64,000 nt of DNA from Tubulanus polymorphus (GCF_964204645.1 NC_134025.1:15971101-16035100), one strand, 5' to 3'. Shown: positions 25,824 through 38,261, numbered from the stretch's first letter. Program-made: numbers and translations. The notes: generated by a model not told the origin, from the letters alone.

Positions 25824-27380
25824 ATCGTTCGTTTGTGAAACGCATGTAGACCCAGACACCTCCCACATTGATTGGAAAATTTGAATACCGGCTATTCAAG
25901 TGTCATCCTACTGCGTAATTCAAAAATTATTCTTTGGGATTCAAATATCGAGGAATCAACCATAAATTCTGCCATAAGTTTTACATCTATTCAAAAAATT
26001 GAGTAGGAGGCCGGTGAAGGTTTTAACGTTTTAAGTTAGTTCTCATGAGACTGAATGCAAGTGGATTTAGGGGTTGGACTAGTCCTACCCTTCAGAATTT
26101 GAATGTGCCCACCAAAAAGTATTTGACTAGATTTTCTAAGCAAAAATAAATCCAAATGGCATAAAATACCCCTTTTGGTCCTATATATTCGGAGGGCCAA
26201 AGGAACCCCACCAATGTTTGCCTTGCACTTAGATAACCATAAAATAAAAGTAGTCAGGAAGTATTAATGGCAAGAAAACTTGAGTAAAATATTTATTAAA
26301 CACATTTTATAACAGGATATGATCTGTAGTCAAATGTGTGTCTGCCAGATGATGTTTCTTCTAGGCTGTTTATATCCTAAAAATAAAAAAAAAAAAAACA
26401 ACGACAATAGATATTTCAATACATGTCCCATTTCAATACATGGACAAGAATTATTTCAGAGAGAGTCTATAAAACGTGAATACTTGATTGTACAATCAAA
26501 TGGCATAGCAGTTGGCTCCAGTTGAAAAATCATTGGACAAAAGAAAAAATCAAAAAAGTTTTGGCACCAAAAAATCTAATTTGTTGCCAGGTTTGTTTAC
26601 ACATGTGCGCGATGCACGTGGTTATATTATTGTTTACATCTGACGTCATCGGCAGATCGCAAGCCCCGCCCCACGTGTCAATCAAATGGCTTATAGGCAA
26701 AATGTTAAAAGAACCCTACTAAAAAAACTATGCAGTGTAACAATCCGGGATTTTCGGTACGGAATCCGACGCCAAATACCTTTCTATTAAAGGTTTTTTG
26801 GTGTATATCAGATAAATAATAATTATGATATTCACTTCATAAAATTTGAAGTGGATTGCATCCGATTCATGGCGGCTGTATTTAGTCACGTAGGTCAAAC
26901 TGACAGCATGTGTGTGCGTGTCGAGCGGACCATTGCGTAATTTTCAATGCTGCGAACGTCTCTAGATTCTCACAGGGCCTCTATGCGCTCACAAAGAATT
27001 AAGTTAAGTCACCATATATGTTGACACTCACCTTTGAAGAGACTTCGTACGGTCCTCTAAAGTTAACATCCACGATACAACGATTTTAAAAATGGCTCTT
27101 CTGTCGATCACTATACCCTCTACGTCATAAGCAACACGTAATGTGTGATGTCACACAAACGGCGTGAAGAGCATTTTTTCAAGAGGGCACAGCAAAAACT
27201 AACCAACTATTTTTAACCAAATTCAATCCCAACTTGAAGACACCATTTCTGATGCGGAATTTGAGGAAATCTCTAACTAACTGGCTTTAAAACGACCTTA
27301 AACGTCTGTCAACCAAATCGGAAGTGCGTCATCAACCGGCTAACCGATCACATAAGGACGTTCGTCTAACGAACGTCCTA
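25824..27380 (+). mobile_element. Insertion with HINE-like 3' hairpin (different family)
   Basis: Abrupt composition change; perfect 11-bp stem AGGACGTTCGT-CTA-ACGAACGTCCT at ~27355-27379 before an A-run; GTTCGTT at the 5' end complements the stem. 26610-26850 resembles 56840-57080. Confidence 0.55.
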
Positions 27381-27599
27381 AAAAAACAATAACTTCAACT
27401 AGCAATTATTCTTATTTTTATTTTATTAGAACTCTAATATTTCTAGATAACAATTGAAATACTTTATATCACAAATAGAAAATATTAAAAAAACAATGAC
27501 TTCAAATAGCTAATATTAGTTTGTTAACAGTAGTATTAACCCAAATAGCTATTAGTATTATTATAATATTTTTTTTCCACTTTTTTTTCTTTAAAATAA

Positions 27600-28163
27600 A
27601 TGTCTAAAAAATCGAGTAAGAATAATATTGATATTGAAAAAACTATAGAAGAATTGGGTATTACTGATAATAAGGATATTCCAACCAAAATTGAAAATAA
27701 TATTGATAATAATATTGATATTGAGTACTACTTATATTGTAAGCACCATCTTGAGTTATTAATTGCCAGTGGTAAATGTAAGAAATTTATTGGTAAAATA
27801 ATATCTTTTCAAGAATTAGATAATATGAACAAAGAAAAAGTAATCAAATATTTCAAAATATATGAAGAAGCTAGAATGGCCCGAATAAATGATTCTATAT
27901 CGGATGGAATAGTAGAATGTTATTCTAAATTATGTAACCGAATAATACCAATTAATGATGAAAATAAATTATATGCTGATTTAAAAAATGAATACTTAAT
28001 TATGACAGAATTACAAAAATGGGTCGGTTATTTTCCCTTTCAATTAGGATCAGTAATGACATTAATTTCTACTGGTGTAATAACATTTTCTAATATTAAA
28101 CCTATAGAATATAAAGATAAAAATATTGAATCAGAACAAAAATTAACTAAAATAAATGAGTGA
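27600..28163 (+). CDS. Intact 187-aa Polinton/adintovirus-type ORF of unknown function
   Basis: Open AT-rich ORF after TAAATG, co-oriented between polB and integrase. The LIASGKCKKFIGK..LDNM..KYFKIYE pattern is recalled from such elements, not verified by search. Confidence 0.6.
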   Translation: MSKKSSKNNIDIEKTIEELGITDNKDIPTKIENNIDNNIDIEYYLYCKHHLELLIASGKCKKFIGKIISFQELDNMNKEKVIKYFKIYEEARMARINDSISDGIVECYSKLCNRIIPINDENKLYADLKNEYLIMTELQKWVGYFPFQLGSVMTLISTGVITFSNIKPIEYKDKNIESEQKLTKINE

Positions 28164-28503
28164 TGATAATTAGAAGAAGCCTAGATCTGAAAAACAAATA
28201 AAATGGTAAAGGGAACTACGTAGAAGATCTGCAGAATTAAAAAAAGCTAAGAAAAAGAAATTATCTGTTATAAATGAATCACCTGATATTAGTTCAAATC
28301 ATAATTTATCTAATTCTTCTAATACTGGAAGTAATAATGACTTATATATTACATTTGGATAAATCACAGTAATTATACTCTCAGGTGTAATATATAAATT
28401 CAAATTTAATAATAATGATGATGATGATATTATACCAGAAAATAAATCAAATGATAAAATCATTGAAAATAAATCAAGATTATTATTAATGGATTAAAAT
28501 AAG

Positions 28504-28642
28504 ATGAAAAAAAAACAATATTTAAGAGATTTATATTAGAACCCAGAGAGCGAAGTATCATATTCAAATGTTTCGGAATTATGGGATAAGATTAAATCTG
28601 ATATTGAAAATATAAAATATAGTGAATTAAAATTATGGTTAC
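28504..28642 (+). pseudogene. N-terminus of Polinton retroviral-like (c-)integrase
   Basis: MKKKQYLRDLY*NPESEVSYSNVSELWDKIK..ELKLWL fits the LxxxYYxP..S.S.V..L...WL start of Polinton integrases. Cut by an LTR at 28643. Confidence 0.65.
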
Positions 28643-29440
28643 TGTTAACAATTGACTGAACAATTGTGTTCAGGGATTTGTACTGGTATACGGTTTCTGT
28701 AATGTCTAGTTATTATGTCACGCTCGTAGAGCATAAAATTTAGTCTGCAATCCTAGCAGTATAAAGGTTCAACATATAGCATTTTCTGGGCAGTTCACAT
28801 ATATCCTTCGAGTGACTGGTTTGAAGGGAAACAAAATTGTAAGTTTGAATTGTGAATCTATGTAACTTTATAGCTGAGAAATTAATTGTCGAGATATATA
28901 ATTAGACTATTGGCTAAAATGTGTGTTTATATATTTTTGTTACAGCAAACGATTATGTTAAGAATAGAATAAATCCGTTTGAAAGTTTCCTGAAGAATTT
29001 GTTCGTTCGTGGTTTGGTGGTTTTTCTGGTGGACTGCAACATAGTTCGAATTTTGTGCCAGAATTATACGTCACTTAAAACCATCAGTACCATGAGTATG
29101 GAATCGAAAAGTTCTGAGAAGCTGAAGAGCAGTCGTGGTAGCCTCGCTGGGTGGCTGACAAGAGCCGTGGACCAGGTAGAGAGTGTTTTAGGGATGCACT
29201 CACTTGCTCAAAGAAACGCACATTATAGATACGCAGCTTCACTAGAGGACAGCGACGTAATTACCGAAGCCCACGAATGGATGGATTCGTATTACAATAC
29301 CGCTACAAACGCGATTGACCGCCTCGAAACAGCGGTATTAGCACCAAAACCGTCACAAGAAATGCCGCAAGAAACGCAGCATCAACCGTCAACCGTGATA
29401 CCACCATCATCAGCGACACCGGAGTTCGCATTGAATCCTT
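28643..29440 (+). mobile_element. BEL/Pao-like LTR retrotransposon 5' fragment (LTR 28643-29041 plus gag start)
   Basis: TGTT...AACA 399-bp segment with TATA-like and AATAAA signals, followed by MESKSSEKLKSSRGSLAGWLTRAV, similar to BEL/Pao gag N-termini. Confidence 0.6.
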
Positions 29441-30329
29441 CAAAAAAGCTCAGATACATTTTAATGAGGCCCCGTTTCCAAAATTCAGCTTTTTAGTGTT
29501 TCGAGAATGGATAATGCTTTAATGAATGATTTGTATGAATATATGCTCAGTTGCACAGTCAAAGTCCCTTTGCACTGGAAACCGTTAAATTCGCTCCATT
29601 TGTATAGTAATATGCTCAGCCTACGGCTGGCATAAAATCATAATTGAGTTTTGAAATGAACCGATCATAACAGGTTGACTGTATTGTGTACATGTATAGC
29701 TTAACACGAAAATGTATCATTGATTCATTGATACATACATGACTAGGTCACTGCGCCATGCCGTAAATAAATGTCTTTTATATATTAAAACGCGGGAAAT
29801 CATTAAATGCGTATCGTATGAACACAGAAAAGTATTGACATTGGAAACCTAACATTTTGTTATAATCAGTTACATGACTCTTGAGGAAATTGTATTATTC
29901 GTGGTGTCATCGCTATCATGACGTCACTAACTGACAAAATGAAATTATTCTCTGGCGTACTTACCTTTCTTATGCTGGAAGGTCTGTGTTTTAATGAAGG
30001 TCTGCTTTGCTTAATTTGACGGTTCATAGTAGTTGAATGCTTTGTTACAGCTTCCTGCACAAGTGTACGTTCAGATACGTTTTTCAATGCGCCCCCGCCT
30101 CCTCCTACAGCAATCACGTCAAGACATTTAGCTAGAAATACAGAAAGAGCGATGTTATAACCATTGTTTGATATTCTGATTGTATTCAGTATATTTATTG
30201 TGACATTGTTCAATACCGGTATATAATATTTAGCTATTGTGACATTGTTCGATATATAATATTTAGCTGGTGTGTACTAGGTTTTGTCACAATTGTGTAC
30301 TCTTTGTTGTGGCATATAAGCTCCGCATG

Positions 30330-30560
30330 TACCGTTTTTGGGTTACTGCTGTGCTTTGCAGACTGCTCGTATTATGGGTAATTCCCCCTTGTCCTGATAT
30401 TCCTACTACGCAGTTTAAAGGCACCTTACATAAGAGGCGTGAAACAATCATCCCGATTGACCGAATCAATGTGCACTTCGAGATAGCCGGGTTCAACATC
30501 ATCGACTACAGAGAGACATGACCCTCAAACCATTGTCTCCGAAAAGGTCATTTGAATACT
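30330..30560 (+). pseudogene. Isolated C-terminal SGNH-like fragment related to Gypsy ORF3
   Basis: VIPPCP..IDRINVHFEIAGFNIID..GHLN vs copy B TDRINVHSVKAGFIQID and copy A PVPPCW..INRVNVFALRAGFQQAD. Confidence 0.5.
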
Positions 30561-31290
30561 TGGCCTTTTAACACATTTTGCCCAATCCTAGTTTTGTGTG
30601 CTAGAATGTGTCTGCATTTTCCTTACTTTTTTAGCGCAACTTCACTGATTTAGTACTTATCGATCCAGTTAAAACCATATTGAAAACCCAACCGGCAAAT
30701 GGAAAGTGATATTGTCCTCTATATCTGAGCCTTGAATAAACCCAGTGGGCAAACAACCAATTATTGACGTCGATCCTGCGTTGAAGACTCGACGTCAAAA
30801 TACTAACGCCGACTTACGTCGATGGTTTTGCTAGTTGTAAGTTGACGTCGCTCTACTAGCTGATTTCAACGTTATATCAATGTGGGCTTAAAACAGTGTT
30901 CTTTAAAAACTCCCTGATCATTATTGACGATATTTTTTTCTTCATTTTGAAAACCCATGTGCTCAAATGGTCCTTAATTAATACCAATCACTGTGATACT
31001 CCTCGGCATACTTTTTGATTGGAAGACTTTCGGGACAGACATCAATGTGACATATCCTCCTCTTTATCGATGTAATAACCATCTAATATATATTGGAAAA
31101 TACAATGGTAATGCTAACGTTGCATTAAAAATGTGTCATTAACAACCTAAATCGAACTTCGAATTGCGGGATTCGAATACCATCCACCAAAGTTAATCGT
31201 TCGACATAACGTCGCGACCATTTTTATTCATTCGAGTCGAGGAAGAAGGCAGTTGCGGTGAACTTTTGGAGAATTTTCAGGTATATAAGT

Positions 31291-31444
31291 TGTTGATGTG
31301 TTAGTATTATCGGTTTATATCAGTAAATAGTGCAAATAATATAGAGGGCGCTGTGTGTGTGGCGAGTAATAAAATGGCTGATCCTGAAATTCTGTGTGTG
31401 TTTAGTCTATCTTGATTTTCTATCAACTCGGAACGTTATCAACA
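31291..31444 (+). repeat. 5' LTR
   Basis: TGTTGAT...ATCAACA, identical to 35721-35874. Confidence 0.97.
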
Positions 31445-31463
31445 TGGTGGCAGCGGTGGGATT
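31445..31463 (+). promoter_or_regulatory. Primer-binding site, tRNA-Leu type
   Basis: TGGTGGCAGCGGTGGGATT directly after the LTR, complementary to the 3' end of eukaryotic tRNA-Leu. Confidence 0.85.
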
Positions 31464-31560
31464 GACGACATTTTCGTTCTAAATTCTGTGAGAGACTGTT
31501 ATATCGTCATTCGTCGCGTGAGTACTTGATAGAAACGATTTCTTTGCAAAAGAAGAAAAG

Positions 31561-34500
31561 ATGGCCGACGGCGGTGATTCGTCATTATTACCTTGTCCGG
31601 TAACCCCTGGTGTGTTTCGTCCTCCGCCGCAGTTGAACGTTACTGAAGGCAATATTGCTGAGAATTTCCGAAAGTGGAAGCGGCAAATAGAGATTTACCT
31701 AAGCATTGCAGTGGCACCTCACACTTCTGATAAAACGAAAGTCGCTATCATTCTACACAGCGCTGGGCCAAAGGTCATTGAAATCTATGACCAAATCCAG
31801 TGGGCCCAGAGTGGTGATAGCAAGAACCCTGACAGGTTACTTGAAAAGTTGGAAGCGTACTGCAACCCTCGACAGAGCGAGGTGATTGAAACGTATAGAT
31901 TCTGGAAGACACAGTTAATCGAACCGTTTGACGCATTTCTGACTGAAATCCGTAAAAGAGCAGAAGCTTGTAATTTTGAAGCATCCAAAGATGGAATGCT
32001 ACGAGACAAAATTGTTTTCTCAGTCGCTGGAAAGCTCCAAGCACTTCTCTTACGTGAAGATGACTTAACTCTTGCAAAGACTATACGATTGTGCCGTGCA
32101 TTTGAACAATCGAACCAACAGGCGGATGAACTCCGTGAAAAGTCGAAAGAAGTTCAGCAGGTTACGAGAACGAAACCGCGAAAGAGTTTTAAAAAGAGCA
32201 ATTTCAATCAATGGCAGACAAAACCGGCACCAGACGTAAGATCTACGAAAAAGGAATGCAAGTTCTGCGGATTTCATCACGAATTTGGCCGTGGAAAGTG
32301 TCCGGCATGGCAGAAAACATGTAATAACTGTCACGAGAAAAATCACTTCAAATCGAAATGTACGAAACCTAAGGTCGTGAAAGCTGTTGAAACCGAGAAA
32401 CACTCTGATTCTGAGAGTGATGCAGACACTGATTGGTTATGCGCCGTCAACCGGAAACAGCCACCGTCAAATCTGCTCAGTGCGAAAATGATCGTCAATG
32501 AATGTGAAGTTCAATTTCAACTTGATAGCGGTGCAAATGTTAACACAATATGTAAGCGTTACGTGAAAAGAGAACAGCTGATACACTCGTCTTCTCGTAC
32601 TGATCTAGTAATGTGGAATGGTTCCACGATGACTCCGCTTGGCGAAACGAAATTGAAGGTACTAAATCCGCGCACTAATGAGACCAACTGTATTCAGTTC
32701 ATTGTTGTTGAGAATAAGTTCTCGTGTCTACTGGGTCTTAACGCACTGCGTGATATGAAACTTATAACTGTTCACAACGATCGATTTATAGCCAAGGTAA
32801 TCGCAAAATCTGCATTAGGCGATCTCGGTGAAGTGACATTGACCGTTAATCCGACTGTGCAACCACAGGTCCTTCCATGTCGTAATTTACCGATTGCGGT
32901 TAAAGATGATGTCAAACGCGAATTAGACACTCTTGTCAAACGTGGTATATTGATTCCAGTCATTGAACCAACTCCGTGGGTATCTCAAATGGCAGTCGTG
33001 AAAAAAAAATCCGGAAGAATCAGAATCTGCATCGACCCGCAACCACTGAATGAAGCACTCATGCGCGAGCATCGAAAACTTGTAACTATCGAAGATGTAT
33101 TGCCGATGCTGAGTAATGCGAAAGTCTTCAGCAAACTCGACGTAAAAGAGGCGTACTGGCATGTCAGATTGGATGAGAATAGTTCGAAGCTGACGACTAT
33201 GATCACTCCTTTCGGAAGATTTCGGTGGACCCGTTTACCGTTTGGTCTCAAAGTCAGTAGTGAGATATTCAGCAGAATGTTAAATATGGCATTAGAGGGT
33301 CTTGATGGAACATTCGCAATAGCCGATGATATCATTGTGGCCGGATGCGGGGACACAAAAGACGCAGCTGATCGTGATCATGATCAGAAGCTCTCGAAGT
33401 TGTATAAACGTTGTGATGAGCGCAATATCGTACTGAATGACCAGGAATCTGGGAAGAAAGACATTAGGAAGCCGGGGATTCAGTTTCATGGTCATGTTTT
33501 CTCGGCAGCAGGAGTCAAGGCTGATCATTCTAAGATTGACGCAATCGTAAATATGCCTCGTCCGACAGATATTCATGCCGTGAAACGACTGTGCGGTATG
33601 ATCCAGTATTTGGCTAAGTTCTTGCCAAATTTATCGACTGATCTCGAGCCGATACGCACACTTACGCGCAAAGATGAACCATTTAGATGGTCCGATGACT
33701 GCGAGAAAGCGCTCCGCTTAGTAAAACAGAAGTTATCGTCGACTCCTGTATTGGTTTACTACGATTCAAAAAAAGAACTCGTATTGCAGGCCGACAGTTC
33801 GCGTACTGGTATCGGAGCTGTACTGCTTCAAGATGGCCGACCCATCGAATATGCGTCACGTACACTGACCAGTTCAGAACGGAACTGGGCACAAATTGAG
33901 TTGGAGCTGAACGCCGTAGTTTTTGGTCTTGAACGTTTCGACCAATACACTTATGGTCGCGAGGTAATCGTACAAAACGACCATAAACCGCTTGCGTCGA
34001 TATTAAAGAAACCTCTGAGCCAGGTTCCGAAGAGGCTCCAGACATTACTGATGCGTATACATAGATACGACATCACGTTTGTTTTCTGTGAAGGAAAATC
34101 GCTTGTGCTCGCAGATACGCTTAGTCGGGCACATCTCGATAAAATCGATGATCGACCGCGAGTGATGAACGTTTCTTACTTTCCGTCAATACCTGACGCT
34201 CGAATAACTGAAGTGGCAGCCGCCACTGAACGTGATGAAACGTTACAGAAACTAAAATCGTTTATAGCTAATGGCTGGCCCGCTATGAAAACCGATGTAT
34301 CGTGTGATATTCGACCGTACTACGACATGCGTGATGTGCTAAGCTATGATAGCACTACAGGAATTCTGGTAAAAGGGGAAGCGATGGTCATTCCCAAGTC
34401 GTTGCGTCAAAATATGAAAACCAGATTACATGCCGCCCATCTTGGATATGATAGTATGATTCGTCGAGCGCGACATATCATATTCTGGCCCGGCATGTCG

Positions 34501-35514
34501 AGCGAAATCAAACAGATGGCCGACTCTTGCGAGCCATGCCAGGATTTGAAACCGAGAAATCAGAGAGAAACGTTACGCTCTCATCCAGATGGTAACGAAC
34601 CATTTGAAAAGATTGCGTGCGATTTGTTTGAAATCAGCGGAACCAACTACTTAGTTACGGTGGATTATTTCTCGAGTTGGATTGAAGTCGAGCGTATGAC
34701 TTCAACTGTCTCCACCAAATGCATTGCAGTGCTCAAAAAGCAGTTTGCGTGTTATGGGATTCCGAAACAAATTGTGACCGATCCGGGTCCTCAGTTCGTC
34801 AGCGAAGAGTTCAAGGTATTCTTGGATAAGTGGGGAATAAACCACATCGAGGCATCTCCGTTCCACCACAGTGCCAATGGAAAAGCGGAATCTGCAGTAA
34901 AAATCGTGAAACACCTGATCATTAAATCAATGTGAAGTGGTACTGACCTAATGCAGGCGTTACTCGAGCTTCGCAATACGCCGCGCCAAGATACAGGTGT
35001 AAGTCCGACTGAATTAATGTTTGGGCGGAAAACACACTCATTTATCCCGATGCAGAAACACGTAAATCGCCCGTCAGACGTTACCGAAAAACGTCTGAGA
35101 CGTAAGGAAACCGTTGAGCGTTGCATAAACCAAAAATCACGAGATTTGCGAAAAATCGCAGCCGGTGAACGTGTATATTTCGAACACCGCGAGAAGCGTC
35201 CTTGGATAAAAGGCGAGATTGTGGATATTTTGGGTGACCGCACCTATCGTATTCGTGGAGATAACGGGGGCACATACCGTCGAAACCGCATTCATCTGAG
35301 ACCGACGCAGATCGAAACCCAGATGGGTGATCAACCCGAAAGTGTGCCTCATGTACCTAATTCGCAGGTGGTTACTGAAGCGTCCGTTTCCGTTCAACCT
35401 CAATCGTTTGCAGAAAATCCAATTGCAAATGCGGATGAATCGCCGATTCGTGTAGAACGTCCTCGGAGAACAACGAGACCACCAACCTATTTAAAGGACT
35501 ATGTACGAAATTAG
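31561..35514 (+). CDS. gag-pol: Gag-Pol polyprotein with one in-frame TGA (34933-34935) in integrase
   Basis: Two CCHC knuckles, LDSGA protease, RT (IADD), RNase H (ADSS), integrase (HAAH..CEPC, DLF, TDPGPQF, AES). ORF 34951-35514 is in the same frame. Confidence 0.93.
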
Positions 35515-35720
35515 TGACTTTAATATGCATGCTATAATTACAATAACTTGCTACTACTAGTTGAGTAAGGAAAAGTTTAGTTCAAACCTGTAATTTCATA
35601 ATAGCATCTTACGTTAATTTTTGATGGTAAAATCAATGCACTTATAGTGACTCAATAGCTTGATTTAGAATTAGAGTTTTAGTGTAGGATTCATACAATT
35701 TTTTTTACAAAAAGGAAGGA

Positions 35721-35874
35721 TGTTGATGTGTTAGTATTATCGGTTTATATCAGTAAATAGTGCAAATAATATAGAGGGCGCTGTGTGTGTGGCGAGTAAT
35801 AAAATGGCTGATCCTGAAATTCTGTGTGTGTTTAGTCTATCTTGATTTTCTATCAACTCGGAACGTTATCAACA
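35721..35874 (+). repeat. 3' LTR
   Basis: Identical to the 5' LTR. Confidence 0.97.
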
Positions 35875-37919
35875 TAAGTAGTTTTGAATAAAGCTAAACC
35901 ATCATATTTCATTAGCTATGAATAGAAATAGGCCTTATAAAGCCCAGACCTGCTAACCCTTAGGGTTTCACCGTATATTTGTTACACAGCCGGGTGGGCA
36001 TGTTTACGTCAACGGCCGACGTCATAAGTGTACGGTTTACCATGTGGTCAATCCACAAATCAAATGTAGAGACAGATGAAACTTTATGAACTAAATGGGT
36101 TACCACATTCATTTGAGGGTAATGAGTACGTAAATGCAGAAACAATTAAGACGAGATTAATTTGTTTCTGCATTGTCTTTGTTTTAGAATTGTTCCAGTA
36201 CAGGCCTGTTGTTTTTTCAGGGCGATGTCAAATTCACTGATGTTGATGTTATACATGAAATGGAAAGAAGACATTTTCTTTTGAGGAGACCTGTCCCTGT
36301 GAATTTAACATTGGTAATTTTTAACAATATTGCCTACTTGGGAGAATATTACCAAGTACCTTTATAGTGTCTGATACTGGTCATGCTAGGAGTTTATTGT
36401 GAATACCACTTCCAGGACTGGTTGAAGGGAGCAAAAGCTTTGATTCATTGTTATAAAACCTACAATGAAAAATTGATTACTGACTAGTTAAATTTCAAAC
36501 TTGCTAAGTTATGAAAATATTTCTGGCTCATTCATTGCATCAATATTTTTATGGTTAAAGATGCCGTTCGCAAATCATACAACTTACTTAAGTTATTCTG
36601 AACCAGCTGAAATATGATGCCGAGAGAAGGATTCACTAAACTCTCAAGAGAAAACTAACACCATGATGGATCTCAGAAGAAACTGACTATGTATAATTCT
36701 CGATTTCTTAAATCGATAAGTAGATTACTACAATTTGTAGTTAGGTTTTGCATCTTAATCATGTTTTGTTAGTTTAAATTTTATTTTTGGAGCTTATTAT
36801 GTTACATGCAAACCATTTGGTAATAAATGCAATTATTTCTATATACATTTCAAGTATATGTGATTGTTTGTGGATTTATTGGTATCAGATTAACATTTCG
36901 GTTGGTATTGAGTCATATTCAGATTGAATATTATCTGCAAACAGGTTGGATGGAGGTCTATACGCATACGTTGTTATTCCACGTTGATACAACGTCGGAC
37001 TATCAGGTTATAATTTGGTTGAAATCTAGTTGGATATCGGTTATTTAATGAAATTGATTTCTCGTCGGACTATGAACGTTGATTCACTTTTCAAAAATCA
37101 ACCTACAGCCGACGTTAAATCACAACGTCGTTTCAACGTTGATTTAACATTGATGCGCCCACTGGGAAGAATGGAAACATAGAAACCGAAACGGTAAAAC
37201 GTTTCTTTGACATGGTTTGGGTGAATTAGATATATATATATATATATATAATTTATTTTTCATCATTATGTCATGCAAGATACAATATAGGAATTGAACA
37301 TAGTTTTTACAGACATAAGATGAGGGACACAGTGCGAGCCTAGGGCTGTACTTATAATTACTAAGGCACTGTGCCCATGTGCATTATGTGCAAGGTGCAA
37401 TACAAATAGATATATATGTTACTTTATAATATATGAAGTAACATATATATCTATAGGATGTTGACTCAATTGTAGTATTAATGTCATTTGAGTGTAGAAA
37501 TTGATGGCAGCAATGTAAATGAGCGACCGCTCTATGGGCTGTTGGTTTTAGTTTTCCCTAACTTATAAAGTGAAAATTTGCGAAGATCTGATAAGGATAC
37601 GGCATTCACAGGGATTTCAATTCATGGGGGCAGTGCATTATGCACGTAGGGGAGGGGGTTTTAGAAATCCGAACAAAAGCAAACATGGGAGGGAAGGGAT
37701 GAAGGGGGTGAATGTTTGCAGTACATACTTCGTGCAAGAAATACAATGTGATCTTTATAAATATCCCCTATATTAGTTTATAGTTCCTGGGAATTCCCCA
37801 CTTTCGGACTTTCACTTCGTCAATGCGTACATCGTCTTCGGAGCTCTGTACAGGGGCAGGTGGGGTTAGAAATACCCGGAAATCAAGCAACTTAATGCAT
37901 GTCGATTGATATGATTTAC

Positions 37920-38052
37920 CTGGAAACCAGCCACATCTTCCATTTCCACATATTCCTCTCCAAAAATTGCCATTTTTCTCCAAAACCTCAACCTTGTCTC
38001 CATAATGAAGGTCGATTTCACCATAAGATTTCATTCTATATGGTATCGTCAC
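37920..38052 (-). CDS. Host-gene exon encoding most of an SH3 domain
   Basis: VTIPY..GEIDLHYGDKVEVL..FWRG..GRCGWFP, bounded by AG| and |GTAAAT. Confidence 0.8.
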
Positions 38053-38159
38053 CTTATCGACAGACAGACAGACAATCATGTAGGTAAGAGAATGACTTAC
38101 TCAAATAAAGAGATTTTCTTCGTATTTTGTACATATCTTTAAATTTCAGAATCATTTAC

Positions 38160-38261
38160 CTTATACAGCGTAGTCCCACGTAATTCCCTGTGCTTTTGCA
38201 TTCGATGCTTCAGTTTCTCATTAAAAGAAAGTTTAGAAGCCAATCCTAGAATTTCTTCTTC
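38160..38261 (-). CDS. Upstream exon of the same SH3 gene
   Basis: 102-nt open exon EEEILGLASKLSFNEKLKHRMQKHRELRGTTLYK with AG|..|GTAAAT. A phase-0 splice gives TLYK-VTIPY, completing the first SH3 strand. Confidence 0.65.

Larger units (their letters stand above)
18098..28642 (+). mobile_element. Polinton/Maverick (adintovirus-like) endogenous element remnant, very AT-rich, interrupted by four insertions and truncated on the right
   Basis: Protein-primed PolB fragments, endonuclease, small conserved-type ORFs and a c-integrase N-terminus, all on the + strand. Reading frames rejoin when the insertions are removed. Confidence 0.85.
31291..35874 (+). mobile_element. Full-length young Ty3/Gypsy (Mag/K02A2.6-like) LTR retrotransposon
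   Basis: Identical 154-bp LTRs, 5-bp TSD TAAGT (31286-31290 and 35875-35879), PBS, PPT AAAAAGGAAGGA (35709-35720), single gag-pol frame. Confidence 0.97.
30741..37166. mobile_element. Non-autonomous CACTA/EnSpm-type element (host of the Mag-like LTR element)
   Basis: TIR CCCAGTGGGC...GCCCACTGGG, 2-bp TSD AA, subterminal ACGTCG/CAACGT repeats at both ends. Confidence 0.7.

Noticed and set aside
31775-35403. Antisense ORFs over gag-pol (also over copies A and B)
   Set aside because: Shadow ORFs of the coding strand.
37920-38052. Naming the SH3 gene SHANK
   Set aside because: The resemblance is suggestive, but SH3 domains are too alike and no PDZ or ankyrin exons were seen.
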